Origin: an uncultured bacterium
Lineage (GTDB): Bacteria; Patescibacteriota; Patescibacteriia; CAIQCM01
Length of the DNA: 64,000 nucleotides
Reading direction: 5' to 3'
Assembly (NCBI GenBank): GCA_963708045.1
Contig: OY970181.1
Span: 387,740-451,739, forward strand
This document shows positions 28,762 to 38,090 of the stretch, piece after piece. Each line of letters starts with the position of its first letter. Position 1 is the first letter of the stretch. The position numbers and the translations under genes were made by a program. The notes beneath the pieces are model-generated. The model did not search any database. It worked only from the letters and a program-made list of their open reading frames with translations, and was not told the DNA's origin.

Positions 28762-29271
28762 TTACGGCGCGCTTTTACTAATGGCGCGCTCGAGCGGGGG
28801 AAGCGTGATGAACGCATAAATGCGTCCAACTTGCAGACTAAAAAGATCTGCCTCTTCTGGCGCGTGGGCCTGAAGCGAGGCGATGGCGTCGTCATAGAGC
28901 TTTGTTAGCTCCAAGTGTCCGGTTTGTCCTTGTGGCGTTTTTGTTTTGATCTCAATGCTTGTTTTGCGCAGAGTTTCAATCATATCTTTGATGAGGTCAA
29001 CGCTCCAGAGCCGATACATCGGCTTAGTTCTAATGGCTGCGTCAATCACATCCCGAAAATGAAACTCAAAAGCAAGTAAAAAGTTTCTTGCGAAAATGTT
29101 TTTCATTGCCTGTGGACAAGCAGCAATGATTTCGCTAAGAAGGACAAAACGCCAGATGCTCGTATTCGGTTTTTCAGTTTGCGATCCAAAGACCAGACCG
29201 GGGAGATAGGAAAATCTGTCCATAACAACACCTCCTTTCGGTTCAACGTCAAACCATATCAGGCTAGACAA
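28762..29271 (-). CDS. hypothetical protein
   Basis: ORF only. More likely start is at the internal Met MDRFSYLPG (29223). Confidence 0.35.
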   Translation of the reverse strand: MSSLIWFDVEPKGGVVMDRFSYLPGLVFGSQTEKPNTSIWRFVLLSEIIAACPQAMKNIFARNFLLAFEFHFRDVIDAAIRTKPMYRLWSVDLIKDMIETLRKTSIEIKTKTPQGQTGHLELTKLYDDAIASLQAHAPEEADLFSLQVGRIYAFITLPPLERAISKSAP

Positions 29272-29324
29272 ATTCTGTCAATTATGGTATTTTTAAATAA
29301 ATTTATCGTAATTATATCTAAAAT

Positions 29325-29939
29325 ATGAACGAAAGACATGCGGGGGAAAATTTTATGGAAGAACAGCCACCAGAAGACAGTCAAGAGTTGGTAATTGATG
29401 GTGCAGTTGGAGAAGAAGGGTTTGGAGACGATCTAACAGCAGCCGGTAAAAAAACTATTTCTGGTCCAAATCCGATGTTTGCCGGCGAAGAAGAATTTAT
29501 AGATCAGCCGACTATGCGCGAACCAAGTCCGCTTTTTAAAGTTGATCGTGACGAACGCTCCAGATTTATTATTGAATCACTAAGAAGCCCGGTCGCCAGT
29601 TTAATTGAAACTGGAAAATTTTCGCCAGAAAATGTGCCGGGAATGATTAAGGACATTCTTGCTGGTAAATTAAAAAATGATCCGCAATTAGGCGACACGC
29701 CGGCAAGCGAAAAAGATGTTAAAATAACAATCGCGCTGATTGCCGAAAATGTTCGCCGCTATGCCGAAGCTAGAAATGATCAGATTACGGCAAAATCGGC
29801 AGAGGATTTAATTCTTGCTTCGGTCGGGGTAAAATATACCGAACTTGGCGATTTTTTGCGCGGTGCCTCAATTATAAAAGGCGGAACGGATAAAGAAGAC
29901 ACCATCCTTGAAGCAGAGTTAAAAAAGGCGGGGTTATAA
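29325..29939 (+). CDS. hypothetical acidic protein
   Basis: 204-aa ORF rich in Glu/Asp. No recognisable domain. Confidence 0.4.
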   Translation: MNERHAGENFMEEQPPEDSQELVIDGAVGEEGFGDDLTAAGKKTISGPNPMFAGEEEFIDQPTMREPSPLFKVDRDERSRFIIESLRSPVASLIETGKFSPENVPGMIKDILAGKLKNDPQLGDTPASEKDVKITIALIAENVRRYAEARNDQITAKSAEDLILASVGVKYTELGDFLRGASIIKGGTDKEDTILEAELKKAGL

Positions 29940-29974
29940 ATGTGGGCGGATAGTTTTGCTTTTTCTATGGGCTC

Positions 29975-30046
29975 GGGCACGTAGCTCAGCGGTAGAGCGG
30001 ACGTCTTATACACGTCTGGTCCTAGGTTCGATCCCTAGCGTGCCCA
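29975..30046 (+). tRNA. tRNA-Ile with anticodon UAU (decodes AUA)
   Basis: 72-nt cloverleaf. Acceptor GGGCACG/CGTGCCC. Anticodon stem GACGT/ACGTC. Loop CTTATAC gives anticodon TAT. Confidence 0.75.
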
Positions 30047-30073
30047 TATAAAAAGCAAAATTGAAAAAATTTA

Positions 30074-31144
30074 ATGAATAAAATATTGCTTTATGTTGCT
30101 GGCGGTTGCGCGTGCTTAGGGATAGGCGCGTATTTTTATAGTGTCTTGCCAGCGGCAAAGACCGTAGTGATTTTGGATAATAAACAAAACGATGTAAACC
30201 AATCGGTTGTTAAAAAAGAAGAAGCGCAATTGCCAAAAGAAGAGCCGATTATTTCAATAATTTTTGGCGGCGACATAATGCTGGGGCGGAGCGTGGCCGC
30301 GCAAATTAAAACCAATGGCACGGATTATCCTTTTGCAAAAATAAATAACACCATCGCGGCTGCGGATTTTGCGATCGCGAACCTAGAGGGACCGATTACG
30401 AAAATAAATAACGAACCAGCCAACCGAATGCGTTTTCATTTTGACCCATCGCTAGCGCAAGAGCTCGCGATGGTCGGCTTTGACGCTTTTTCGCTCGCCA
30501 ATAATCATGGTTTGGATCAAGGAAGCAAAGGACTTACTGATGACAAGAAAAATCTTGAGGCCGTTGGTCTAAAATATTTCGGCGATCCATCCGCAACCAA
30601 CGGAAGTGTTTATGAATTTACCGCGGCCGGAAAAAAGATCGCCGTCATTGGTTTTCAAATGGTTTACGGAAAACTCGATCCCAATGGATATGCCAAAGCG
30701 ATTGCCGACGCCAAAAAGAACGCCGATATTGTTATCGTAATGCCGCACTGGGGCATTGAATACGAACATACCGCGACAAAGTCGCAAAAAGATTTAGCGC
30801 GGCAATTTATTGACGCCGGCGCCGACATTATCGTCGGCTCGCATCCGCACGTTTTGGAAGGGATAGAAATATATAAAGACAAGCCGATTTTTTACTCGCT
30901 CGGCAATTTGGTTTTTGACCAATATTTTTCCGAAGAAACTCAAGAGGGGATGATGTTGCGTTTAAATTTATCGGCCAGCAAACAAACGATTGAACTTTTG
31001 CCATATAAAATTCCCCAAAGCCAGCCGGTTTTGGCCGAGGGCGAGGTAAAAGCCAAAATGCTTAACGACATCGCCTCGTGGTCGGCGGCGGAATTAAAAG
31101 AGCAAATAATTGCAGGGAGTATCGCCGTCATTCCAAGTCTGTAA
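30074..31144 (+). CDS. CapA/PGA_cap family metallophosphoesterase (poly-gamma-glutamate synthesis-like)
   Basis: GGDIMLGRSV, ANLEGPIT, and GFDAFSLANNH...DQG motifs. Confidence 0.7.
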   Translation: MNKILLYVAGGCACLGIGAYFYSVLPAAKTVVILDNKQNDVNQSVVKKEEAQLPKEEPIISIIFGGDIMLGRSVAAQIKTNGTDYPFAKINNTIAAADFAIANLEGPITKINNEPANRMRFHFDPSLAQELAMVGFDAFSLANNHGLDQGSKGLTDDKKNLEAVGLKYFGDPSATNGSVYEFTAAGKKIAVIGFQMVYGKLDPNGYAKAIADAKKNADIVIVMPHWGIEYEHTATKSQKDLARQFIDAGADIIVGSHPHVLEGIEIYKDKPIFYSLGNLVFDQYFSEETQEGMMLRLNLSASKQTIELLPYKIPQSQPVLAEGEVKAKMLNDIASWSAAELKEQIIAGSIAVIPSL

Positions 31145-31167
31145 AGTCGGTTAAGTCCAGACCTCTT

Positions 31168-31273
31168 GCCGTCATTCCGAGCTCGTAAGGTCGTTTTGTC
31201 CAGAGCGAGGAAGCATGGAGTATAATTAGAGACTTTGAGTTCCCTCATCGCTTCGGCGCTTCGGGATGACGCC
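31168..31273 (+). repeat. MITE-like repeat copy C (first of tandem array)
   Basis: gccgtcattccgagctcgtaaggtcgttttgtccagagcgagg...gagactttgagttccctc...cttcgggatgacgcc. Confidence 0.65.
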
Positions 31274-31300
31274 ACACACCCCTTCGTCGCTCCTACCCCC

Positions 31301-31434
31301 GCCGTCATTCCGAGTCCGTGCGGTCGGTGTGTCCAGGACGAGGAAACACGAAGCTTGATTTAAGACGTTGATAGTTACAATCTCCGTGCGAACTAAGACG
31401 CTTAGCGATCTCTCGCTTTGTATGGGATGACGCC
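31301..31434 (+). repeat. MITE-like repeat copy D (longer variant)
   Basis: gccgtcattccgagtccgtgcggtcggtgtgtccaggacgaggaaacacgaagc...gggatgacgcc. Confidence 0.6.
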
Positions 31435-31460
31435 ATATACCTCGCTATCGCTTCTACCCC

Positions 31461-31560
31461 GCCGTCATTCCGAGCCTGTAAGGTCGTTTTGTCCAAGGCG
31501 AGGAAACACGAAGCTTGCTAGAGACTTTGAGTTCCCTCGTTACCACTCGGGATGACGCCG
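31461..31560 (+). repeat. MITE-like repeat copy E
   Basis: gccgtcattccgagcctgtaaggtcgttttgtccaaggcgaggaaacacgaagc...ctcgggatgacgccg. The spacers between copies are also similar (ctcgct..ctacccc). Confidence 0.65.
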
Positions 31561-31621
31561 AGTGTGAGCTCTTGGCAAAAATAAATCTTTGGGTTATTAT
31601 GGCGTCTGCAAGCAAATATTA

Positions 31622-31699
31622 GGGCGGCTAGCTCAGTTGGTTAGAGCGTCACATTGACATTGTGAAGGTCAGAGGTTCGAACCCCTCTGCCGCCCACCA
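31622..31699 (+). tRNA. tRNA-Val (anticodon GAC), CCA encoded
   Basis: Acceptor GGGCGGC/GCCGCCC. Anticodon loop TTGACAT. 3' ACCA. The T-arm parse is slightly irregular. Confidence 0.8.
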
Positions 31700-31701
31700 A
31701 A

Positions 31702-31735
31702 AACACCCAGTCCAAAACGACTAGGTGTTTTTGTA
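31702..31735 (+). terminator. intrinsic terminator after tRNA-Val
   Basis: acacccagtc caaaac gactaggtgt plus TTTTTG. Confidence 0.55.
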
Positions 31736-31831
31736 TTTTATGTAAAGGTTTCGCCTCGACCAAACCGCCTTGACTTTTTGGCGATTTTTTGATAGAATAA
31801 TTTAATATTTTATAAAATAATTAGTAATTTT

Positions 31832-32806
31832 ATGAGATCAGCGGAACATTTTAGTCCGGTGGAGGGACGAGGAATTGAATCTGAACCAAACGACGTTGAA
31901 ACTAAAGAAAAGCCACGGAACATCACCTCGGTAATTGAATTACAAATTTTTAGGCATGGCGATAAAGAAAAAGATCCGACCAAGCCGGACGAAGAAATAT
32001 TGTTGACGGCGCCGGGTAGGTTGCAGGCAAAAAAGATTGGCGCGGCGCGGGCAGGCGAAAGGCTGGCGGGTGAAGGTCTTTCACAATCAGTCGCCAAAGG
32101 CAGTAATCGCAAACGTGCTCAGGAAACAGCGGCTTTGGTTATGGGCGGGGCCGAAGAAACAATAACCGGCGAGGAAACTTTTGATGAGCTCAGAAAAAAA
32201 TTAGACGAAGGAGTGAAATATGGCAGTAAGATAGGAACCGATAAACGGTTGAATTTTGAAATAGACGAAAAGTCTCCCTTTGGCGCCAAAGCAATGGAAG
32301 AATTTATGGCGGGAAGATATTTAAAATTTATTGTTGAAGAGAGCGACGCTCTAGCCGAGTCATTGCATGACGAAAAAGCCGAGCCCTATAGTAAGACTGC
32401 TAGCAAAATTGCCGAAGTGATTTATAAATATATTAGAACGGCGCCGCGCTGGGACAGACTTGTCCAAGACTCCGAAAAGGAATACGAAGACACGCTTAGG
32501 CGTTTTCTTGGCACGCACCAAGGAATCGGCGAATCTTTTTTAGCAAAGGTAATTGAATTAACCGAAGGTAAGAAAGAACGCGACGCGTTTGTTAATTCTT
32601 TGGCCGTTAAAAAGGGTGACAAAGAAATTAATAATGGCTTTGGTTTTGTAGAAGGCTTTAATGTGTACATAGAAACCGACGACGCTGGAAAGCGAACCGT
32701 GCGCGTTTCTTTTTTAAAAGAAAAAGACGGCGAAACAATATATAACTACGACGAGGTTGTGCCGGAAGAAATTATTCAAAAAATGATTTTGCCGGAAAAG
32801 AAATAG
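31832..32806 (+). CDS. hypothetical Glu/Lys-rich protein (weak histidine-phosphatase-like N-terminal motif)
   Basis: IFRHGDKEKD...LTAPGRLQA resembles the RHG motif of the histidine phosphatase superfamily. Weak assignment. Confidence 0.4.
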   Translation: MRSAEHFSPVEGRGIESEPNDVETKEKPRNITSVIELQIFRHGDKEKDPTKPDEEILLTAPGRLQAKKIGAARAGERLAGEGLSQSVAKGSNRKRAQETAALVMGGAEETITGEETFDELRKKLDEGVKYGSKIGTDKRLNFEIDEKSPFGAKAMEEFMAGRYLKFIVEESDALAESLHDEKAEPYSKTASKIAEVIYKYIRTAPRWDRLVQDSEKEYEDTLRRFLGTHQGIGESFLAKVIELTEGKKERDAFVNSLAVKKGDKEINNGFGFVEGFNVYIETDDAGKRTVRVSFLKEKDGETIYNYDEVVPEEIIQKMILPEKK

Positions 32807-32811
32807 AAATT

Positions 32812-32849
32812 AAAAAAGCCGTGGCGCGAAATCGCTCACGGCTTTTTTG
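32812..32849 (+). terminator. intrinsic terminator
   Basis: gccgtggcgcgaaatcgctcacggc plus TTTTTT. Confidence 0.6.
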
Positions 32850-33536
32850 GCGTCTTTACGCCAGCGAGAAACTAGGTGGAAGAAGCTACAATCGGTTTGC
32901 CTTGGGCAAGACCGAGGACTTCTCCATGGCGGGGTCGGAATCGGCAGAAAGTTAGATTTTCATCGCGTTCATCAAAATCAGCGTTGTGATGCTCTTCAGC
33001 GAGTTGCCATCTTGGCCGTCGGTGGTGCGTACCTGTACTGGAAGCGCGTTTTCCAACAAGCTTCCTTCGCTCACCAACGCGATGGCCAATTGGTTTCTCT
33101 TCATCGTACTCAACTATTGGCATACGGATACTCCTGCCTGGGTTTGGGGTTTTGCCGCAAAAGCGCGGCGGCTCTCTCACACAAAAGATAAGCTACCAAT
33201 AAGTGCTCTGACTGTCCAGACTAGTGCCGCGAACCGGCTGGCCGTCCGCGAAAGGTCGGCTGTCGGTTGTACGGTGGTTGTACTCGGTCGCTTCGGTTAA
33301 TGCTACCGCCGACGCTTTGGCGAGGGTGAGATGGCCACGGATCAGGCGATCGCGCGAAAACCAAGCCGTCGTCCGTGTCTGGCGGTGGTTCCATAGCACT
33401 GTGTGCAGCGCTTGCTCCAAATGTAATGTTCTTTGCTCTTCGCATGCTTCGGTTTCCTCCACGGGGTTGTTTTCTAACGGAGAAAAAGGACAAATCGCAG
33501 GATATCACTAATTATTCGGCGCGTCAAGATAGCACC

Positions 33537-34682
33537 TTAGCGCGCGGCGGCAATAGTGCTCCGGACGTGATCAACAATGTTTTTTTCCGCAGAAATTAGG
33601 TCGCTTGCCGGAAGCGAAAAACGCGCCAGTTTGTTGTTGCCGGTGGGAGAAAAAGGTGCGGCAAGGTGCATTGCGTTTTGTCCGCGTTCGGCGCCGATGA
33701 GCGCGGAAATTTTGCCGTCGTTTGCGGAATTTTCGTGGATGACGCAAACAATGTCGGCGTCGCTTGTTGAAGCAATTAACTCTTCAATTGCATTTGGAAG
33801 ATGTGACTCGTCGGCGCCGGCGTGAACAAAATCGGCGCGTGTTAAAACCGACCAAACAAAGCGGCTTTGCCGGTCTTGTTTAAGGCGGGCAAGGACGCGT
33901 CCCCAAAGACGGAGCGCTTCCACTGGTCGCATTCTAAAAAGATTTTCAATAATTTCGCCGCGGCGCGCGCCGGCACTAATCAGCCGTCCGGCCGTGTCCA
34001 AAGTTTTTGGCGTTACGGCGTTGGTGCGAAAACTTTTTGTTTTAGAAATTATGCCGGCGAGCAAAGTTGTCGCTGTCTCGGGATTCACCAGTTTCCAATC
34101 TAAGGCCGCGAAAAGATCGGCGACAATCTCGGCGGTCGCCGAAGCGCGAATGTCCACCAAATTTATTTGCCCAAACTGTTCGTTAGCTGGGTCGTGGTCA
34201 ATGTTTACAATCGGTGTTTCGTTTAAAAAAACGCGGTAGTCGTTTTTAATCGCGCCAAGCGAAGCAAGGTCGGGTGTGTCCACACAAACAATAAGATCGT
34301 GTTTCCATTCTTCGGTCGTGGCGGCAATATTTTCTGGGCCAATCAGACCGTTTTCCGTTTTTACGGAAATATGAATCGCGCCGTCCTTATGCGTATGCGT
34401 AAGGTCGTAGTCGGCGGGCGCGGCGTTGATTTTTAAATTAAGCAAACGCATTTCGCGTGGCTTGGGGAGAACGCTATTTTGTTTTTCCAAAAAATTATAC
34501 GAAGGGTGGGGGACAAAGTTATCGCAAATAATCTCGGCTGGTTTCCCAAGTGACGAGACAAGTTCGGCAACAGCAAGGGCGCTCCCGAGCGAATCGCCGT
34601 TCCAAGCCGAACGGAAAAATACCCCAACCGAACGGCTGCGTTTCACGGCTTCAAAAAATTGTTCGTAAGGCGCAAAGGCCAT
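33537..34682 (-). CDS. nrnA: DHH-family bifunctional oligoribonuclease / pAp phosphatase NrnA
   Basis: DHH motifs (NGDSLGSALA; DHDPAN...) and DHHA1-like C-terminus. Confidence 0.8.
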   Translation of the reverse strand: MAFAPYEQFFEAVKRSRSVGVFFRSAWNGDSLGSALAVAELVSSLGKPAEIICDNFVPHPSYNFLEKQNSVLPKPREMRLLNLKINAAPADYDLTHTHKDGAIHISVKTENGLIGPENIAATTEEWKHDLIVCVDTPDLASLGAIKNDYRVFLNETPIVNIDHDPANEQFGQINLVDIRASATAEIVADLFAALDWKLVNPETATTLLAGIISKTKSFRTNAVTPKTLDTAGRLISAGARRGEIIENLFRMRPVEALRLWGRVLARLKQDRQSRFVWSVLTRADFVHAGADESHLPNAIEELIASTSDADIVCVIHENSANDGKISALIGAERGQNAMHLAAPFSPTGNNKLARFSLPASDLISAEKNIVDHVRSTIAAAR

Positions 34683-34779
34683 ATAGCTCCCACCCTACTG
34701 TCTCGGTAGCCCCCGATTCAACTCATAAGGTAATGGGTTAGATTACGAAATATACGGCTTTTGGTCAAGACCTGTGCGA

Positions 34780-34870
34780 ATGAACCATATACCATGAACC
34801 ATGAACAATACGTAAAAAATTACGAATCATTATCGGATGGTATATGGTTCATGGTGCGTGGTACATGTTT
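34780..34870. repeat. long imperfect palindrome built from ccatga/catggt words in divergent promoter region
   Basis: gaaccatataccatgaaccatgaacaatacg / cggatggtatatggttcatggtgcgtggtacatg. Confidence 0.5.
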
Positions 34871-34894
34871 ATTGTTTGATATTACCGCCCTGTT

Positions 34895-37534
34895 ATGCTA
34901 AATTCCATAAATATGGAAGAAAAAAACGAACTGCCAAAAGCGTACGAAGCCGCTCTTTATGAGATCGGGCTTTATGAACAATGGGAAAAATCTGGCTATT
35001 TTAACCCGGATAATTTGCCGGGCGAGCGCCCGGAGGTATTTACGATTAGTATGCCTCCACCCAATCGTACGGGTACACTGCATATCGGTCATGCGACCGG
35101 TTTGACGCTTCAGGATTTAATGATTCGTTTTGAACGAATGCGCGGGAAGCGTACTTTGTGGGTTCCTGGCACTGATCATGCGTCAATTGCCACGTCAATT
35201 AAGGTTGAACAATTGCTTATTGAACGAGGAATGAAAGATCCGCGCAAAGAATTGGGCAAGGAAAAATTTGTTGCAGAGGTTCGCACCTTTGTTGATAAAT
35301 CCGGAAAACGAATGGAAGAACAGATGCGACGTATGGGCGCTTCTTGTGATTGGTCGCGCGAAGCCTATACCCTAGATGAGCCGCGAAACAAGACGGTCAA
35401 TGAAATGTTCAGAATGATGTACGAGGACGGAATTATTGAACGCGGATACCGCATAGTAAATTGGGATCCACAATTTCAAACAACACTCTCGGACGACGAA
35501 GTGTTGACCAAAGAAGTTAATGCGCGGCTCATTACCTTTAAATACGACGCTGATTTTCCGATTGCCATTTCCACCACCAGGCCGGAAACAAAATTTGGCG
35601 ATACAGCGGTCGCGGTGCATCCCGACGACGAACGATACAAACAATTTGTCGGCAAAATTTTTGAGCCGGTATTTTGTGGCAAGAAAATAAAAGTGAAGAT
35701 TATCGCCGATGCGGTAGTTGATCCGGCTTTTGGCACTGGGGCGTTGGGTGTCACACCGGCACATTCAATGATTGATGCGGAAATTGCTGAACGACACGTT
35801 TTGCCAACGGTTGTTGTGATTGGAAAAGACGCCAAGATGCTGCCGGAGGTGGGCGTTGATTTTACTGGTCTCACTGTTGTCGAGGCTCGTAAAAAAGTTG
35901 AAAAAACTTTGGAAGCCGCTGGCTTGCTTATTAAGGTAGAAGACGTTTCGCAAAATTTGCCGATTGCCGAACGCGGCGGCGCACCCGTTGAACAGATACC
36001 GATGAAACAATGGTGGATTCGTGTTAAAAAGCCGTTTGTTTTACGGCAAGATACTTTAGGTAAATGGAAAAAAGGGGAGAGTGCGACGCTTAAAGAATTA
36101 ATGACCGAAGCTGTTGCCGCGGGCGGAACAAAAATCGTTCCCGAACGATTTGAAAAAATTTATTTTCACTGGATCAACAATTTGCGCGACTGGTGCATCT
36201 CGCGGCAAATTTGGTTTGGACATCAAATCCCTATTTGGTATAAAAACGATGAAATAAAAATGTCGGCGGAAAACCCAGGCGAAGGATGGGAGCGCGACCC
36301 CGATACGTTAGACACCTGGTTCTCGGCTGGCACGTGGACATTTTCGTCATTGGGATGGCCGGAAAAGACTAAAGATTTGGAAACATATCATCCGACCACG
36401 GTTTTGGAAACGGGTTACGATATTATTTTTTTCTGGGTGGCAAGAATGATCCTCATGAGCACTTACGCGCTTGGAGAAGTACCGTTCAGATATACCTACC
36501 TGCACGGACTCGTACGCGACGAACAAGGGCGCAAAATGTCTAAGTCGCTTGGAAACGTGATTGATCCACTGGACGTCAGTGCGAAGTATGGCACCGATGC
36601 TGTGCGTCTTTCGCTTATTCTTGGCACCTCGCCCGGACAGGATATGAAAATGAGTGAAGAAAAAATCGCCGGCTTCCGGAACTTTACCAACAAACTTTGG
36701 AATATTGGCCGCTATGTGTCGCGCGCGGGAAACGAAAAGAAAGATTTGTCCATTACCGACAAATGGATTTTGTCGCGATTGGATAAAACTGTTACCGACG
36801 TCACCGAAAATCTTAGCGCCTTTAATTTTTCCAGAGCGGGTGAAATTTTACGCGACTTTGCTTGGACGGAATTTGCCGATTGGTATGTTGAGATTAATAA
36901 ACGCGAGGGTAACGACGCGGTACTTCGTGATGTGTTTATGACGCTTTTAAAACTTTGGCACCCATTTATGCCATACGTGACGGAAAAGCTTTGGAGCGAG
37001 CTCGGCGGCGAAGGAATGTTAATGATCGCCGAATGGCCAAAATCTTTGGCTCGCGCCGACGCTAATGCCGAAAAAATAATGTCCTCACTTCAAGAAGTTG
37101 TTTCCGCCATACGTTCCATCCGCGCTGAATATAAAGTAACGCCAGATAAATTAGTTGATGTTGTGGTTGAAGCTCCAATATACGCTGAAGAGTTTGTGTC
37201 GTTTGAGTCGGTCATTAAAACGCTTGGCCGCGTCGCTAATCTTAAAATCGCGGGCGAAATTGCAAGACCTGATCAGGCCGCGACTGTTACCGTTGGCACA
37301 AATACCGTTTCAATTCCACTTGCCGAATTGGTTGATCTCGGCAAAGAAAAAAAGCGGATTGAAGACGATATTGTTGCGACTAATAAATTTATCGCCTCCA
37401 TAGAAGCGCGCCTTGGCAATAATGAATTCGTCGGCAAAGCCCCAGTCAAAGTAGTGGAAGGGGAGAAGACTAAACTCGCCGAAGCCAAAGCCAAATTGGA
37501 AAAACTGGAAGCGCAACTTAAAGATTTGGGGTAG
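34895..37534 (+). CDS. valS: valyl-tRNA synthetase
   Basis: PPPNRTGTLHIGHA and KMSKS motifs, editing domain, and C-terminal coiled coil. 879 aa. Confidence 0.95.
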   Translation: MLNSINMEEKNELPKAYEAALYEIGLYEQWEKSGYFNPDNLPGERPEVFTISMPPPNRTGTLHIGHATGLTLQDLMIRFERMRGKRTLWVPGTDHASIATSIKVEQLLIERGMKDPRKELGKEKFVAEVRTFVDKSGKRMEEQMRRMGASCDWSREAYTLDEPRNKTVNEMFRMMYEDGIIERGYRIVNWDPQFQTTLSDDEVLTKEVNARLITFKYDADFPIAISTTRPETKFGDTAVAVHPDDERYKQFVGKIFEPVFCGKKIKVKIIADAVVDPAFGTGALGVTPAHSMIDAEIAERHVLPTVVVIGKDAKMLPEVGVDFTGLTVVEARKKVEKTLEAAGLLIKVEDVSQNLPIAERGGAPVEQIPMKQWWIRVKKPFVLRQDTLGKWKKGESATLKELMTEAVAAGGTKIVPERFEKIYFHWINNLRDWCISRQIWFGHQIPIWYKNDEIKMSAENPGEGWERDPDTLDTWFSAGTWTFSSLGWPEKTKDLETYHPTTVLETGYDIIFFWVARMILMSTYALGEVPFRYTYLHGLVRDEQGRKMSKSLGNVIDPLDVSAKYGTDAVRLSLILGTSPGQDMKMSEEKIAGFRNFTNKLWNIGRYVSRAGNEKKDLSITDKWILSRLDKTVTDVTENLSAFNFSRAGEILRDFAWTEFADWYVEINKREGNDAVLRDVFMTLLKLWHPFMPYVTEKLWSELGGEGMLMIAEWPKSLARADANAEKIMSSLQEVVSAIRSIRAEYKVTPDKLVDVVVEAPIYAEEFVSFESVIKTLGRVANLKIAGEIARPDQAATVTVGTNTVSIPLAELVDLGKEKKRIEDDIVATNKFIASIEARLGNNEFVGKAPVKVVEGEKTKLAEAKAKLEKLEAQLKDLG

Positions 37535-37536
37535 TA

Positions 37537-38052
37537 ATGATTACGCCGGAACAACAAAAATGGATTGATCACTTGAGCGATACTAAAACCATTGTTGTTG
37601 TTCCATTTGATCCAACCTGCGAGGAAAAATATCAAAAAGTAAAAGACGATATCCAAAATTTGTTCGGCAAAGACCAGTCGGTTGTTCATTCTGGCGCGAG
37701 CGCGCTTAAAATTTCTGGTCAAGACGAGATTGATATATATGTACCGGTTCCACTTGCTTTCTTTGATGCTTCAATTGAGCGCATGAAGTTATTATACGGC
37801 GAACCGCACAGCCTTTACCCTGAAAAGCGCGCGCACTTTTTAACCGAGATTGGCGGAAAACATATTGACGTTTTTGTGATTAACGAAGACGATGATGGTT
37901 GGAAAGACAGCGTTGAATTTCATAAACGCTTATTGTCGCATCCGTCTGATCTGGAGCGATATCGGATCCTAAAAGAAAATAGTGCCGGTTTATCGGTTCG
38001 CGAGTATTATCGCAGAAAGACGGAATTTATAAATGAGATATTGAATAAATAA
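37537..38052 (+). CDS. GrpB/UPF0157 family nucleotidyltransferase-fold protein
   Basis: HSGASALKISGQDEIDIYVPV resembles the GrpB core. Stop/start overlaps the valS stop (TAGTAATGA). Confidence 0.55.
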   Translation: MITPEQQKWIDHLSDTKTIVVVPFDPTCEEKYQKVKDDIQNLFGKDQSVVHSGASALKISGQDEIDIYVPVPLAFFDASIERMKLLYGEPHSLYPEKRAHFLTEIGGKHIDVFVINEDDDGWKDSVEFHKRLLSHPSDLERYRILKENSAGLSVREYYRRKTEFINEILNK

Positions 38053-38090
38053 CTGGACGCAAGGCACACAAAACGATAAAGTGACTAACT

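Noticed and set aside
31168-31560. Possible CRISPR array (tandem repeats with spacers next to tRNAs).
   Set aside because: Repeat units are ~105-135 bp with ~27-bp conserved spacers. They belong to the dispersed MITE-like family found at 5 other loci. CRISPR repeats are 28-37 bp with unique spacers, and no cas genes are present.
32847-33511. Five overlapping 80-115 aa ORFs on both strands (32847..33191 +, 32872..33180 -, 33193..33462 -, 33221..33508 -, 33224..33511 +).
   Set aside because: They are mutually overlapping in different frames, Arg/Gly-rich and low-complexity, with no RBS. This is characteristic of GC-rich non-coding DNA rather than genes.
32850-33536. tmRNA (ssrA) candidate in the GC-rich ORF-free region. 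The same idea was considered for 54660-55070.
   Set aside because: There is no tRNA-like T-loop (GGTTCGAATCC-type) or 3' CCA-proximal acceptor, and no tag-peptide reading frame ending in ...AA-stop. Both regions are retained only as unexplained regions.
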